Assembly (NCBI GenBank): GCA_963762565.1
Contig: CAVXLD010000005.1
Location: 32,001-96,000, forward strand
Reading direction: 5' to 3'
DNA length: 64,000 nucleotides
Source: an uncultured Verrucomicrobiae bacterium
GTDB lineage: Bacteria; Verrucomicrobiota; Verrucomicrobiia; Chthoniobacterales; JAFAMB01
The first letter of the stretch is position 1, and the number at the start of each line of letters is the position of its first letter. Made by a program: the position numbers and the translations under genes. The notes below the pieces were generated by a model, which was given only the letters and a program-made list of their open reading frames with translations, did no database searches and was not told the DNA's origin. This document shows positions 30,619 to 40,824 of the stretch, in pieces.

Positions 30619-32019
30619 CTAGTTGGTCTGAGTTGGGATCACGACAACTTGGACGCCGCCATCGTTTACATAAGGTACGACATCGTAGTTCGGATCCGGG
30701 TCAACCGTCACGACGCACGACTGATGACCGGCATCTTCGTTGAGGTCCGCGATCGAATCCAATTTTATCGACGTCGTCACCAACGATTTGCCGGCCGGAA
30801 TCACGACTTGTACCAAATGGCTGGTAGCAGATCGATCCCTCTTCGCGTGATCAGTCACTCTGATATACACTGTGAGAGCCTGAGTGATGTCACCGGTCCG
30901 CGATACCAAAAACGAGGCTGACACTTCTTTAGAGCCAAAAGTCAACGGAGCGCTTGCTCGTTGTAGGCGGATTTGAGGCAGGGCCGGCGCGAAGAAAGCT
31001 CCGTGCGGGCTAATAAAACCAGTCACAATTGGCGTGACTTGGCCACTGATCAGGTCGGTTCTCACCAAAGTACCGTCACTGTTGCTGGCCGAGAACGCGG
31101 AATTCGGCGGGATCGCGTTACTGGTCACAGCATAGATGACGTTCGCTGTGGTATCGGCGACGTAAATCGTGCCAGTCGTTGCCGAAGGAAAGACGGTGTC
31201 GTCCACCTGTACCTGATTGGTGGTACCATCGCTCAGGTGGAGGCGAAAGCCGGCTTGATTTGGGAACCCGGGTCCACGAAGGAAAATGAGATCACCGTCA
31301 GCTTGGCTATCCAACACAAGATCACCGGAAGGATCGATTGTCAGGGAGTCCGGATCAGATTGCGGAGACACAGTCGGCTGGCCAGTCGCGATATCGGTCA
31401 ACGTGGCGTTTCCCAACACGACGGGTGCTACATAAATCTTGTTTCCGACGACCGTCGCACTGACGATTGAGGGATAGATGTTTTGGCCCTGAGCATTGAG
31501 TTTCGGGTTGGATGCACTCAGGAATACCTGGTCGTTGACGAAGACGACATCGTCGTATCCGCCGCCATGGAGGGGGGCATTGGCGTAAACAAGATCTGTC
31601 GACGATCCGTTGGTGATGTCGAAGACGGTCACTGCGGGGTTAGCATCCTGGTTTCGGAGTGCCCAAAGGGTGTCATCGAACGGATTGTATTTAAGACCGT
31701 CGTTTGAACCAGGTACTGGTGCCAAAAGCCGGATAACCTGGCCAGTGGAAGAATATTGAACGATGTTACTGTTCCCAACGCTGCCATCCGGTGCTGCATT
31801 ATTAGTGTAGGACACGAAAACATAACCGAGGTGACTAGCGATTGAATCGGGATTCGTGAACCCGACGGCTGTACCCGTCGCAAACACGGAAACGCTGTAG
31901 TCTGGGTTGACTGAGGTCGGGGTGGCCCCGAGTTGTTGGTAGGACACAGCTGATAAAGCTGCCAAGCAGATAACCGAAGAGATGACACCGGTTCTCGCGA
32001 AAACTTTCTTTGTTTTCAT
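30619..32019 (-). CDS. Secreted hypothetical protein (beta-propeller-like plus Calx-beta/Ig-like tail)
   Basis: Signal peptide; repeated NPDSI/DPDSL/SPHGA blade-like motifs; FLVSRTGDITQALTV...VVIPAGKS. Confidence 0.7.
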   Translation of the reverse strand: MKTKKVFARTGVISSVICLAALSAVSYQQLGATPTSVNPDYSVSVFATGTAVGFTNPDSIASHLGYVFVSYTNNAAPDGSVGNSNIVQYSSTGQVIRLLAPVPGSNDGLKYNPFDDTLWALRNQDANPAVTVFDITNGSSTDLVYANAPLHGGGYDDVVFVNDQVFLSASNPKLNAQGQNIYPSIVSATVVGNKIYVAPVVLGNATLTDIATGQPTVSPQSDPDSLTIDPSGDLVLDSQADGDLIFLRGPGFPNQAGFRLHLSDGTTNQVQVDDTVFPSATTGTIYVADTTANVIYAVTSNAIPPNSAFSASNSDGTLVRTDLISGQVTPIVTGFISPHGAFFAPALPQIRLQRASAPLTFGSKEVSASFLVSRTGDITQALTVYIRVTDHAKRDRSATSHLVQVVIPAGKSLVTTSIKLDSIADLNEDAGHQSCVVTVDPDPNYDVVPYVNDGGVQVVVIPTQTN

Positions 32020-32242
32020 GGGGCTGGATTAGGTTTGACGTTGCCGCACCGTTTTGCCCTGGATGGAACGAGTGAGAGAGCCGCAGCATCCACGACACCG
32101 ATTCCCGCCTATAACGGGCAACCCGACGGGCGACAGCTGATACTAGATCACAAGCAATCGACTATCTGCGACTTTAGGGTAACGTTTTCGTAACACTAGA
32201 CAATTGGTCGCGTTGAATGCGAATGATGACTAGCGCTACGAC

Positions 32243-32986
32243 GTGCCGCGAACTAGTCTTGGCGACGTCTGTCGCGGCTATTCCGAGTTTTTACGAAGCC
32301 CAGCCTCGCATCCGAGGCAGCGCTCCACCACTCATCCATTCGACGCCTCGAATCGAGCTGCGGGCGAGGGTGATTTACTCTTGGCGGATGCCGGCTCGGA
32401 AATTAACCGTTACGTCATCGATGTCACCCGAACTTACTTCGTCGGCGGTAACCCCGACGCGTCTCAACGTGATCTCTATCAAGTTGTACTCGCGGCCGAA
32501 GAAGCTGGCATCGCTGGTTGCGTCGTTGGCGCAGAATGGAAGGAATTGCGCCTCCGCGCCGCAAAGCAGATAACCGAAGGATTGATTCAACTCGGCCTGT
32601 TGCGTGGCTCTGCCGAAAGTCTGGTTGAACAAGCTGCTCATCAGCTCTTTTTCCCGCACGGGCTTGGCCATCTTGTTGGCCTCGGTGTGCGCGACGCCAG
32701 CGGTCTGTTATCGGGCAGACAGAAAGATGAAAACCCGATATTTGCGATTCTCCGGATGGATCTACCGTTAGGAGAAAACTATGTGGCCACGGTCGAGCCT
32801 GGGATCTATTTTATCCTGGTTATCCTCAACCATCCTACGAATCGCGAACAGTATCACGACTGCGTCAATTGGGAGTTAGCCGAACGCCACCTGAACCTCG
32901 GCGGTATCCGGATCGAGGATAACGTGCTGGTTACCGCTAATGGACCAGTGGTGTCGACGAAGGATATACCGAAGGTGCTGGGGTGA
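32243..32986 (+). pseudogene. 5'-truncated second Xaa-Pro aminopeptidase copy
   Basis: Aligns to the C-terminal half of 26636-27913; N-terminal domain absent. Confidence 0.88.
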
Positions 32987-33037
32987 GCAGTGATCAGTGA
33001 TTAGTGATTGATGATTGGTGATTGGTGATTGGTGATT

Positions 33038-33277
33038 GGTGGGGCGAGGCTCCGATGAGCCGAGGCTTGTTACCAAGGGCTGCAAGCGTTTGATGTCCTT
33101 GTTGTTAATAGGCTGAGAAGTGTGCCGAGGCCTTGGTCTATGTCGTGGCCTGGCCGTGAAAGGTGGCACACCAGGGGAAACGGCTCGGCAGGCTATGCGG
33201 CCTCATGTCGGATCCCGGCCTCGGACTATCCAACACGCTGCTAATATGATCCGCTCTTTCAGGAGCCTCGCCCCACC
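33038..33277. repeat. MITE/REP-like element, family B, embedded in heptamer tracts
   Basis: 16-bp IR ggtggggcgaggctcc / ggagcctcgccccacc; related copy at 63779-63999; flanked by (ggtgatt)n and (aatcacc)n. Confidence 0.75.
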
Positions 33278-33307
33278 AATCACCAATCACCAATCACTAA
33301 TCACCAA

Positions 33308-34339
33308 TCACCTTCTCCGCGGCGCCGGCCCCGTGCTCTTTCGGATCATCATCTCCGGGCGGAACACGCGTCGAAGCACGGCGTCCGGAGTCCCTCGGAT
33401 TCTGGCAAACAAGATATCGAGGCTCTCACGAGCCATGATATCGAAATCAGAAGTCGCGGTGGTTAACGGCGGATGAAAGAAACGGCCTTCCGGCATATTA
33501 TCGAACCCAACCACCGAAACTTCATCCGGGACTTGGATTCCCGCCTCATGCAATGCCAACAGGGCGCCCATCGCGATCAAATCATTCGCTGCGAAGACTG
33601 CGGTAAATTTTCCGGCGGAGGTTTTAATTATTTCTTTCATGGCGTCGTACCCGCCGTCCGGTGTCCACGGGGTGTAGGTGGCCGGACCCGGTTCAAGCCC
33701 GGCTGCCTCCAACTCGGCCAGCCAACCTTTACGTCTGAGCTTAGAGCTCCGATAAGGTTGATGCCCGAGCAGGCCGGCTATCCGGGTATGGCCGAGCGAG
33801 ATCAGGTGACGCGTGGCCAATCTGGCGCCTCGAACATGATCCACTCGGAAGGATGGGAACAAATCGCCGCCGTCGATATCGAGGGTAACGAACGGAATGT
33901 TGCCCATCGCGGCAGCGAGTTTCGGTTTATCGATCTCGACCGGAACGTCGACAATGAGTCCTTCCGCGGAGGCTGCCACCAGCTGTTCGGCCCCGGTTTT
34001 CGCCTCTGCGATGGTCAAACTGCGCAGTCCAAAAATCATCAACGTGTAACCGTGCTGGCGAGCTTCCTGTTCCAAACTGAGAATCGCGTGAGCTGGGCCG
34101 TAAATCCCGGGATCATCGGTCACTAGTCCTATCACCGTAGAACGCCGATTGGCCAGAAATCGTGCAGCCTGGTTAGGTTTATACCCGAGGGCATTGATGG
34201 CTTGAAGAACTCGTTCCCGGGTTTCGGGCAAGACTCGGGGATGATTATTAATGACCCGGGAAACCGTCTGATGAGAAAGGCCTAAGACCTTAGCCACATC
34301 ATTAAGGGTTGGCGGTTTCACGCTCGAGTGATTCTTCAT
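33308..34339 (-). CDS. LacI-family transcriptional regulator
   Basis: PTLNDVAKVLGLSHQTVSRVIN HTH; AVFAANDLIAMG, VSVVGFDN, PPLTT. Confidence 0.95.
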   Translation of the reverse strand: MKNHSSVKPPTLNDVAKVLGLSHQTVSRVINNHPRVLPETRERVLQAINALGYKPNQAARFLANRRSTVIGLVTDDPGIYGPAHAILSLEQEARQHGYTLMIFGLRSLTIAEAKTGAEQLVAASAEGLIVDVPVEIDKPKLAAAMGNIPFVTLDIDGGDLFPSFRVDHVRGARLATRHLISLGHTRIAGLLGHQPYRSSKLRRKGWLAELEAAGLEPGPATYTPWTPDGGYDAMKEIIKTSAGKFTAVFAANDLIAMGALLALHEAGIQVPDEVSVVGFDNMPEGRFFHPPLTTATSDFDIMARESLDILFARIRGTPDAVLRRVFRPEMMIRKSTGPAPRRR

Positions 34340-34545
34340 AAATACAATTTCACCACAGAGACACAGAGGACACAGAGAGAAAGAGGAATCTGTTCACAGC
34401 AAAGGCCGCTAAGGTCGCAAAGATGAAGAGACACCATTTTGATAGGTTAGAACATTCATCTTTGTGGTCTTGGCGATCTTGTTGTAGAAGCCTTCTTCTC
34501 GGTGCACTCCGTGTCTGTGTGGTTAAATTTGAGTTGAGGTAGGGT

Positions 34546-34575
34546 TTGACGCCGCTTCATGTTGGCGCTAACATG
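34546..34575 (+). promoter_or_regulatory. Sigma70-like promoter with overlapping LacI-type operator
   Basis: TTGACG (34546) - 17 bp - TAACAT (34569); near-perfect palindrome catgttggcgctaacatg (34558-34575) with central GCGC. Confidence 0.75.
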
Positions 34576-34625
34576 GCCCGGTTTTCAAGCTGTTTCTTAA
34601 CCCGGTTCCCCACTTTGAAACTACC

Positions 34626-35897
34626 GTGAAATCTACGCTCCCCCTCTGTTTGCTTGCCGCCGGCTTCATGCTGGCGTTCAACTCCGCCTTCGCGCTGGAT
34701 GCCAACGTTTCCGCAAATTTACGGCTAATGGCCTTTGGTAGCGATGCTCAACTTAAGGCAGTCAATAATGCTGTCGCCCGTTTTAACCAGAAATATCCGA
34801 ACGTAAAGGTGGAGGTGGCCATCGATCCGATTACGAGCGGCTGGGGTGACTATGTCACCCACGTTCTCTCCCAGTTCAACGCCAACAACGCCTACGACGT
34901 TTACGGAACCGCCATCGAAACTTTTAGAACTTTCGAAACGCGTAATCTGTTTATTCCGCTAGACGATTACATCGCGAGTCACGCCACTTATTCCGATTTC
35001 GATCCCTCCTTGTTCAAGTACGCCTCGAACAATGGCAAGACCTACTTTATCCCGATCGGATGGAATAACATCATGATCAACTACAACCGGAAGTTATTTA
35101 AGGCCGCCGGGGTTGATTATCCGAAGACGGGCTGGTCCTGGAACGATTTTCGGGAGACCGCCAAAAAACTAACGGTGCGGGACGCGGCGGGTAACGTAAC
35201 CCAATTCGGGTACGAAGTGCCTAACCAGTTCTTTTTCATACAGCCTTGGTTTTACTCCAACGGTACTTCAATTCTGAATGCGGATTGGACTGCCTCCAAT
35301 ATGCTGGATCCCAAGGTCTCAGAATCTCTGCAGTTTCTGTACGATCTGATTCATGTGGATAAGGTGTCGCCCATTCCTGGAAAAGACACGATGGACAACC
35401 AATTCATGGCTGGCCAGGTGGCCATGATCTCGCGGGGCCATTGGATCGTTGAAAATGCGATGGCCGCTAAGCTGGATATGGATGTCGCGATTCCACCGTC
35501 TAAGGCAAATGATTATACCGTTATCGGGTTCGGCGGCTATGGAGTATCGAGGACGTCAAAAAATCCTGATCTAGCCAAAGAGCTCATCGGCGAGCTCACC
35601 AGCTTCGAAACCCAAAAAGAAGAAGGCGAAGGCGGTGGCGGCGTGCCCGGACGGAAATCCGCGGCCGAGACACCGGTCTTTCTGGCCTATCCGCCGAGCG
35701 CAGCGCTCTACTATCAAACTTTACCGCATACCTTGCCGGTGCCGTCGCCCGCCAATTTCCAGGAGGTAGAAAAGATTTTTATTCGTAACTACACCGCGAT
35801 GATGGCGGGTGAGGTCTCAATCGCGGACGGCGTCAAACGCGCAGACAACGAAATCAACGCATCATTCAAACGGCTAGCGGAACGACAGGCGAAATAG
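34626..35897 (+). CDS. Sugar ABC transporter substrate-binding protein
   Basis: Signal peptide; FNQKYPNVKVEV, INYNRKLFKAAGV...WSWNDF, FMAGQVAM. Confidence 0.92.
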   Translation: MKSTLPLCLLAAGFMLAFNSAFALDANVSANLRLMAFGSDAQLKAVNNAVARFNQKYPNVKVEVAIDPITSGWGDYVTHVLSQFNANNAYDVYGTAIETFRTFETRNLFIPLDDYIASHATYSDFDPSLFKYASNNGKTYFIPIGWNNIMINYNRKLFKAAGVDYPKTGWSWNDFRETAKKLTVRDAAGNVTQFGYEVPNQFFFIQPWFYSNGTSILNADWTASNMLDPKVSESLQFLYDLIHVDKVSPIPGKDTMDNQFMAGQVAMISRGHWIVENAMAAKLDMDVAIPPSKANDYTVIGFGGYGVSRTSKNPDLAKELIGELTSFETQKEEGEGGGGVPGRKSAAETPVFLAYPPSAALYYQTLPHTLPVPSPANFQEVEKIFIRNYTAMMAGEVSIADGVKRADNEINASFKRLAERQAK

Positions 35898-36135
35898 CGA
35901 CCACAGATTAGTTTTAATATCCGCAGATTACGCAGCCCCGAAAGTTTCCGGGGTAAAATTACGCAGATTTCGGTTAGACGGTAGCATCCGGTCAGCGTGC
36001 TAAAGACATTATGAGGGTATATGCGATTTCTTTTGACCTCGTGCTAGATCAGAGTCCAAAACGTAATCTGCGTAATCTGTGTAATCTGCGGATAATCATT
36101 TTCTGTTTGGCGGTTATTGGAATCTGCGGAGCAGG

Positions 36136-37038
36136 ATGTTGGCGATAGCGCGAACTAAATCCGATTTGGAGAAGGCGCAGAGCAGGGCAGGGTACCTGTT
36201 CATACTGCCGTCGTCGGTTCTCTATGCGGTTTTCGTACTGGCGCCGGTTATCGTTACCTTCATCCTGAGTTTTACCTACTACGACCCTATGGCCGGTTCA
36301 CATTGGGTAGGGTTCGAGAATTTTCAGCGCTTTTTCACCGGCGATCGATCGCTCCAGATTTTTGGAAACACGCTCTGTTTTGCCCTTTTCGCTGTCACGG
36401 GAAACGTTGTGGTAGGACTTTTGCTTGCGCTCGCCCTTAACCGGGCGATGCCCGCATTCCTGCTGTACCTGTTCCGGCTGGCGTACTTTTTACCCGTTAT
36501 CATTGCAGCTGCGTTCGTCTCAATTGTCTGGGGATATTTCTATGGCGACGATCTTGGGGTAATTAACTACTATCTCATTCATCTCGGTCTAACACCGATT
36601 CATTGGCTGACGTCAAGCCACACCGCCATGATGTCGATCGTCATTATGGACGTTTGGAAAAACACCGGTTTTTTCATGATCATTTTTATCGCGGCTTTGC
36701 AAGGTGTACCAAAGAACATCCTGGATGCTGCCATCATGGATGGCTCCTCTTACTGGCGCCGGTTCTTCCGCATCGTGTTGCCCTGGATCTCGCCGGTCGT
36801 TTTCTTCGGGATCGTCTATGCCTCGATTGGTGCGCTCCAGGTTTACGAGTCGATCGTGATTCTTACCCGCGGCGGACCGGGAGATGCCACCCGGTCGATG
36901 TCGATTTATATCGTAGAGGAAGCATTCGATAATTTTGAGATCGGTTATGCTGCCTCGATCTCGGTCATCATGACTTTAGTAATTTTAGTCATTACTACGG
37001 TCCAGTTGGTCGCCTCCCGCCGTTGGGTCCGGCACTAG
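36136..37038 (+). CDS. Sugar ABC transporter permease
   Basis: GYLFILPS, WVGFENF, EAA-type loop LDAAIMDGS. Confidence 0.93.
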   Translation: MLAIARTKSDLEKAQSRAGYLFILPSSVLYAVFVLAPVIVTFILSFTYYDPMAGSHWVGFENFQRFFTGDRSLQIFGNTLCFALFAVTGNVVVGLLLALALNRAMPAFLLYLFRLAYFLPVIIAAAFVSIVWGYFYGDDLGVINYYLIHLGLTPIHWLTSSHTAMMSIVIMDVWKNTGFFMIIFIAALQGVPKNILDAAIMDGSSYWRRFFRIVLPWISPVVFFGIVYASIGALQVYESIVILTRGGPGDATRSMSIYIVEEAFDNFEIGYAASISVIMTLVILVITTVQLVASRRWVRH

Positions 37039-37087
37039 AGAGGGGAGGTGATTAGTGAGAGGTGATTGGTGAGAGAGTGAAAGTGTA

Positions 37088-37927
37088 ATGCAAACTAAAA
37101 CTGCTCAGCGTTTGATTGACCGCATCATTATCGCCGTTATGGCGGTATTGGGTGTGTTCATGGTGCTGCCGTTCTCCTGGTTGTTTAGCATGTCGTTCCG
37201 AGCGCCAGGTGAAGCTTATAAAATGCCGCCGAGCTTTCTCCCGCCAAATCTGGACTTCAGGAACTATTGGGCCGTTTTGCATTCCAGTGTGCCTTTCTTA
37301 CAGATTTATTGGAACAGCCTAATGGTGGCGGTGGTGGTAACCGTTGGCCAACTCATTACCTGTACCCTGGCGGCTTTTGCCTTTGCCCGGCTGAAGTTTC
37401 CCGGACGGGACAGTATATTCTTTGTATTCTTGATCGGACTGATGTTTCCAGCCCAGGTTACGATCATTCCGATCTATCTCGGATTTGCCAAGGTCGGTTT
37501 GTTGAATCATCCCATCGGTCTGGCGCTAATGTATCTAACCTCCAGTTTTGGTATCTTCTTAGTTCGCCAATTCATGCGGTCACAGCCAAAAGCTTTGGAA
37601 GAGGCCGCCCTGATGGATGGAGCCGGTTACTTCAAAATCTTTTATCGAATTTCATTGCCGCAATTAAGACCGGCGCTCTCAGCGCTCGGGATCATAACCT
37701 TTACGCAGACCTGGAATTACTATTTCCAAGCCCGCGTATTGTTGGAGCCTCATTCTGCGATGACGCTGCCGATTGCTATGGACGTGCTCCGCGGATACAT
37801 GGCCTCGGGGAATCTATCGGTGGTGATGGCTGCTATGAGCATGGCCGTGTTGCCGGTGATCCTGATCTTTTTGTTAGCCCAGAAGTTGGTGATCGAAGGC
37901 GTGGCCATGAGCGGGATTAAGTCATGA
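37088..37927 (+). CDS. Sugar ABC transporter permease
   Basis: AAFAFARLKFPGR, LEEAALMDGA. Confidence 0.93.
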   Translation: MQTKTAQRLIDRIIIAVMAVLGVFMVLPFSWLFSMSFRAPGEAYKMPPSFLPPNLDFRNYWAVLHSSVPFLQIYWNSLMVAVVVTVGQLITCTLAAFAFARLKFPGRDSIFFVFLIGLMFPAQVTIIPIYLGFAKVGLLNHPIGLALMYLTSSFGIFLVRQFMRSQPKALEEAALMDGAGYFKIFYRISLPQLRPALSALGIITFTQTWNYYFQARVLLEPHSAMTLPIAMDVLRGYMASGNLSVVMAAMSMAVLPVILIFLLAQKLVIEGVAMSGIKS

Positions 37928-38079
37928 AGGGGGGTGCGTGGGATGGATTCGGTCGGAACGTTCCGACCGCTTCGGCCTTGCAAGCAAGGCGCGCTCCACG
38001 GTTCCGACCGGCCTCGCAAGCGAGGCAGCGCTCCAGGGTTCCGACCGAGTGGCCTCGCAGCGCTCCACAGTTTTAACCA

Positions 38080-40824
38080 ATGCAGGACACAATAAATTCC
38101 CACAACTCTCCCATCGATAATCGTTTCATTTATACTGGTGAACGCCTCAGATATGTCGCATTTCCGCTAGGCGGAATTGGCACTGGCAGCGTGTCGTTAA
38201 CCGGCAGTGGCCGCTTGGTCGATTGGAGCATTCGCAACCGGCCCGCTATCCATCAATTCAACGGCTACAGCCATTTCGCGATCAAGGCAGAACAGAACGG
38301 TAAGTTGCTAGGCGCACGAGTGCTGAATGGTCCATACGAAGGAGTGCCGGCCGGTTCGCCTAGCGTGCGTAAATTCGACGGCTTCGGATTTGGCGCCAAC
38401 CGCGATACCCTAGCCGGAGTTCCACATTTCGACGATGTGACTTTTATCGGCCGGTTTCCAGTGGCTGAACTGGAATTTCATCATGCTGGGTTTCCTGGCA
38501 AGGTCCGGATGACAGCGTTTAGCCCGTTTATTCCGCATAACGACCGGGACTCATCGATGCCGGTCGCCTTGTTCCGGTTCAGTGTCGAAAACAACACGGG
38601 GTCGCCGATCGACTACACAATAGCAGGAACCGCGGGGAACTACGGTTGTGACAGTGGTGTTCACAGCTTCTATCAGAAGAATGGGATAAGTATTCTCCAT
38701 TTCACACCCGCTGGAGGCGGAGCAGCGGGGGAACAGGGTGACTTAGCCATCATCACAGATGGTGAAGATGTCGAGCATGTCGATTACCATTTCCGCGGGC
38801 AATGGTTCGATAGCCTGGCTTGTTATTGGCGAGAGTTTTCCCGGCCAGGCAGACTCAGCCAACGCAGTTATCAAAAGCCGCGCGGTGTCGGTAACATGTT
38901 TCAGCAGCCTGAGCATGGCACCCTGGCAGTTCGGCTACGGATTGAGCCGGGGGAGACGCGGCATATGCGTTTCACACTGAGCTGGAACTATCCTTTCGGG
39001 AGTATCTACTGGTTTAATCGCGAAGGACCTGGCAGTCCCAGTTATGCGGGGATACCGCCAACCTGGAAAAACTATTACTCAACTCAGTGGTTAGACTCGG
39101 CAGCGAGCGGGATAGACGCATTCCAACGTTGGGAGACCCTGGAAACCCAGACGGTGGCCTTCCGCGATTCGTTATTTGATTCGTCATTGCCTCCGGAGAT
39201 CATTGATGCCGTAAACGGCACCCTCGGGATTCTTCGTTCGGCCACAGTTATCCGGCTGGAGGGCGGAGAGCTCTGGGGATGGGAAGGGCAACATCCCAGC
39301 GAAGGATCCTGTGAGGGAAGCTGTACTCACGTTTGGAACTACCAGCAAACACTGGCTAATCTATTCCCTGCGCTGGAAAGGTCCCTGCGCGAAACCGAAT
39401 TCACCTACAACCAGTTACCGAATGGCGGGCTAACTTTTCGGCAGCGGCTTCCGCTCGGGTCCGGGTTCGACATCATTGGTCCCTGTGCTGACGGTCATTT
39501 CGGCGCGATCATCAAAGCGTATCGCGAATGGAAGAACCTGGGCGACGACGAATGGTTGCGCCGGTTTTGGCCGAATATTAAACGCGCTCTCGAGTACGCT
39601 TGGTCACCGGAGAACCCGGATCAATGGGATCCTAAAAAAACCGGCGTACTATGGGGACGCCAACATCACACCTTGGATATGGAGTTGTTCGGTCCAAGCT
39701 CGTGGTTGACTACTATGTATTTAGCCGCGTTGAAAGCGGGTGCGGCGATGGCGCAGGCAATCGGCGACTCTGATTTTGCCGCAGAATGCTCAAAGCTGGC
39801 TGCAAAAGGGGGAGCCTACGTGGATAGCGAGCTATTCAATGGCCGCTACTATATTCAAAAACTTGATCTAACTGATCGGTCCCTGCTCGCGCCCTTCGAT
39901 CAGAATCGCAAAGCGGGCGTGCTTCGGGAGCCATTCATGGAAGCATATTGGTCTGAGGAATATGGCGAAATTAAGTACCAGATCGGTGAAGGATGCCTTA
40001 CCGATCAAATCCTCGGTCAATGGCATGCGGATATCGCTGGCCTCGGCGATCTGCTGGCGCCGGCAAACATGCTGACGGCTCTCAAAACCGTGTTCGAGCA
40101 GAATTATCTTGCTGACCTCCGAGATCATTTTAATCCGTGCCGGGTATACGCATACGAAATCGAGGGCGGCTTGGTGAATTGCACCTGGCCGGAAGGTGTG
40201 ACGAAAGCGGCATTGCCGGTACCCTACGCGGAAGAAGTCTGGACCGGGCTGGAATACATGATGGCTTCGCATCTAATTCTGCGCGGGCTGGTGGAGGAAG
40301 GTCTTATCATTGTTCGGAGCGCCCGGGCGCGCCATGATGGCTCCCGGCGTAACCCGTGGAACGACATGGAGTGCGGTAGCTACTATATGCGGGCGCTATC
40401 CAGTTATGCTTTGGTGGACGCGTACTCCGGTTTTAGCTTCGATCAGCGTTCCGGGGAAATCGGCCTAAGACCTGCCCGCTCCGAAGATGGGATTTATTTT
40501 TGGTCGGCTGGACGCGGTTGGGGTGTGATCGAAGACAAAAATGCTCGCGTAACGATCAACGTGAAAGGTGGCGAATTGAAAGTTTCCCGGCTTCGCCTTC
40601 CCGGTCGCTCTTGGAACTCGGTTAAAGTGGATGGGCTAACCGTTGGCCGCGATGACGATGTTATTTTACTCGGAAAAGAACGAATCCTGAAGGCCGGTGA
40701 CTGTTTGACCGTTGAATTCGAATCGCGAATGGATCCGACTTCGCCCAGAGTTGAACCAACGGCATCACAGAGCTCAGGCTCCGTCGGAGAGGCTGCGAAT
40801 AACAACACGCATGGCGAAGCTTGA
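38080..40824 (+). CDS. GH116 family glycoside hydrolase
   Basis: AFPLGGIGTG, SCEGSCTHVWNY, QHHTLDMEL, DQILGQW, EVWTGLEY, NPWNDMECGSYYMRALSS. Confidence 0.88.
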   Translation: MQDTINSHNSPIDNRFIYTGERLRYVAFPLGGIGTGSVSLTGSGRLVDWSIRNRPAIHQFNGYSHFAIKAEQNGKLLGARVLNGPYEGVPAGSPSVRKFDGFGFGANRDTLAGVPHFDDVTFIGRFPVAELEFHHAGFPGKVRMTAFSPFIPHNDRDSSMPVALFRFSVENNTGSPIDYTIAGTAGNYGCDSGVHSFYQKNGISILHFTPAGGGAAGEQGDLAIITDGEDVEHVDYHFRGQWFDSLACYWREFSRPGRLSQRSYQKPRGVGNMFQQPEHGTLAVRLRIEPGETRHMRFTLSWNYPFGSIYWFNREGPGSPSYAGIPPTWKNYYSTQWLDSAASGIDAFQRWETLETQTVAFRDSLFDSSLPPEIIDAVNGTLGILRSATVIRLEGGELWGWEGQHPSEGSCEGSCTHVWNYQQTLANLFPALERSLRETEFTYNQLPNGGLTFRQRLPLGSGFDIIGPCADGHFGAIIKAYREWKNLGDDEWLRRFWPNIKRALEYAWSPENPDQWDPKKTGVLWGRQHHTLDMELFGPSSWLTTMYLAALKAGAAMAQAIGDSDFAAECSKLAAKGGAYVDSELFNGRYYIQKLDLTDRSLLAPFDQNRKAGVLREPFMEAYWSEEYGEIKYQIGEGCLTDQILGQWHADIAGLGDLLAPANMLTALKTVFEQNYLADLRDHFNPCRVYAYEIEGGLVNCTWPEGVTKAALPVPYAEEVWTGLEYMMASHLILRGLVEEGLIIVRSARARHDGSRRNPWNDMECGSYYMRALSSYALVDAYSGFSFDQRSGEIGLRPARSEDGIYFWSAGRGWGVIEDKNARVTINVKGGELKVSRLRLPGRSWNSVKVDGLTVGRDDDVILLGKERILKAGDCLTVEFESRMDPTSPRVEPTASQSSGSVGEAANNNTHGEA

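Noticed and set aside
32030..32170. Possible c-di-GMP riboswitch upstream of the 466-aa gene
   Set aside because: Fragments such as gggttgcc and ggcaaa are present but not in the required order or pairing; unsupported without a covariance-model search.
33473..34126. Long antisense or alternate-frame ORFs (also 37267-37920, 46274-46780, 30973-31470)
   Set aside because: Shadow ORFs overlapping well-supported genes in GC-rich DNA, with no motifs.
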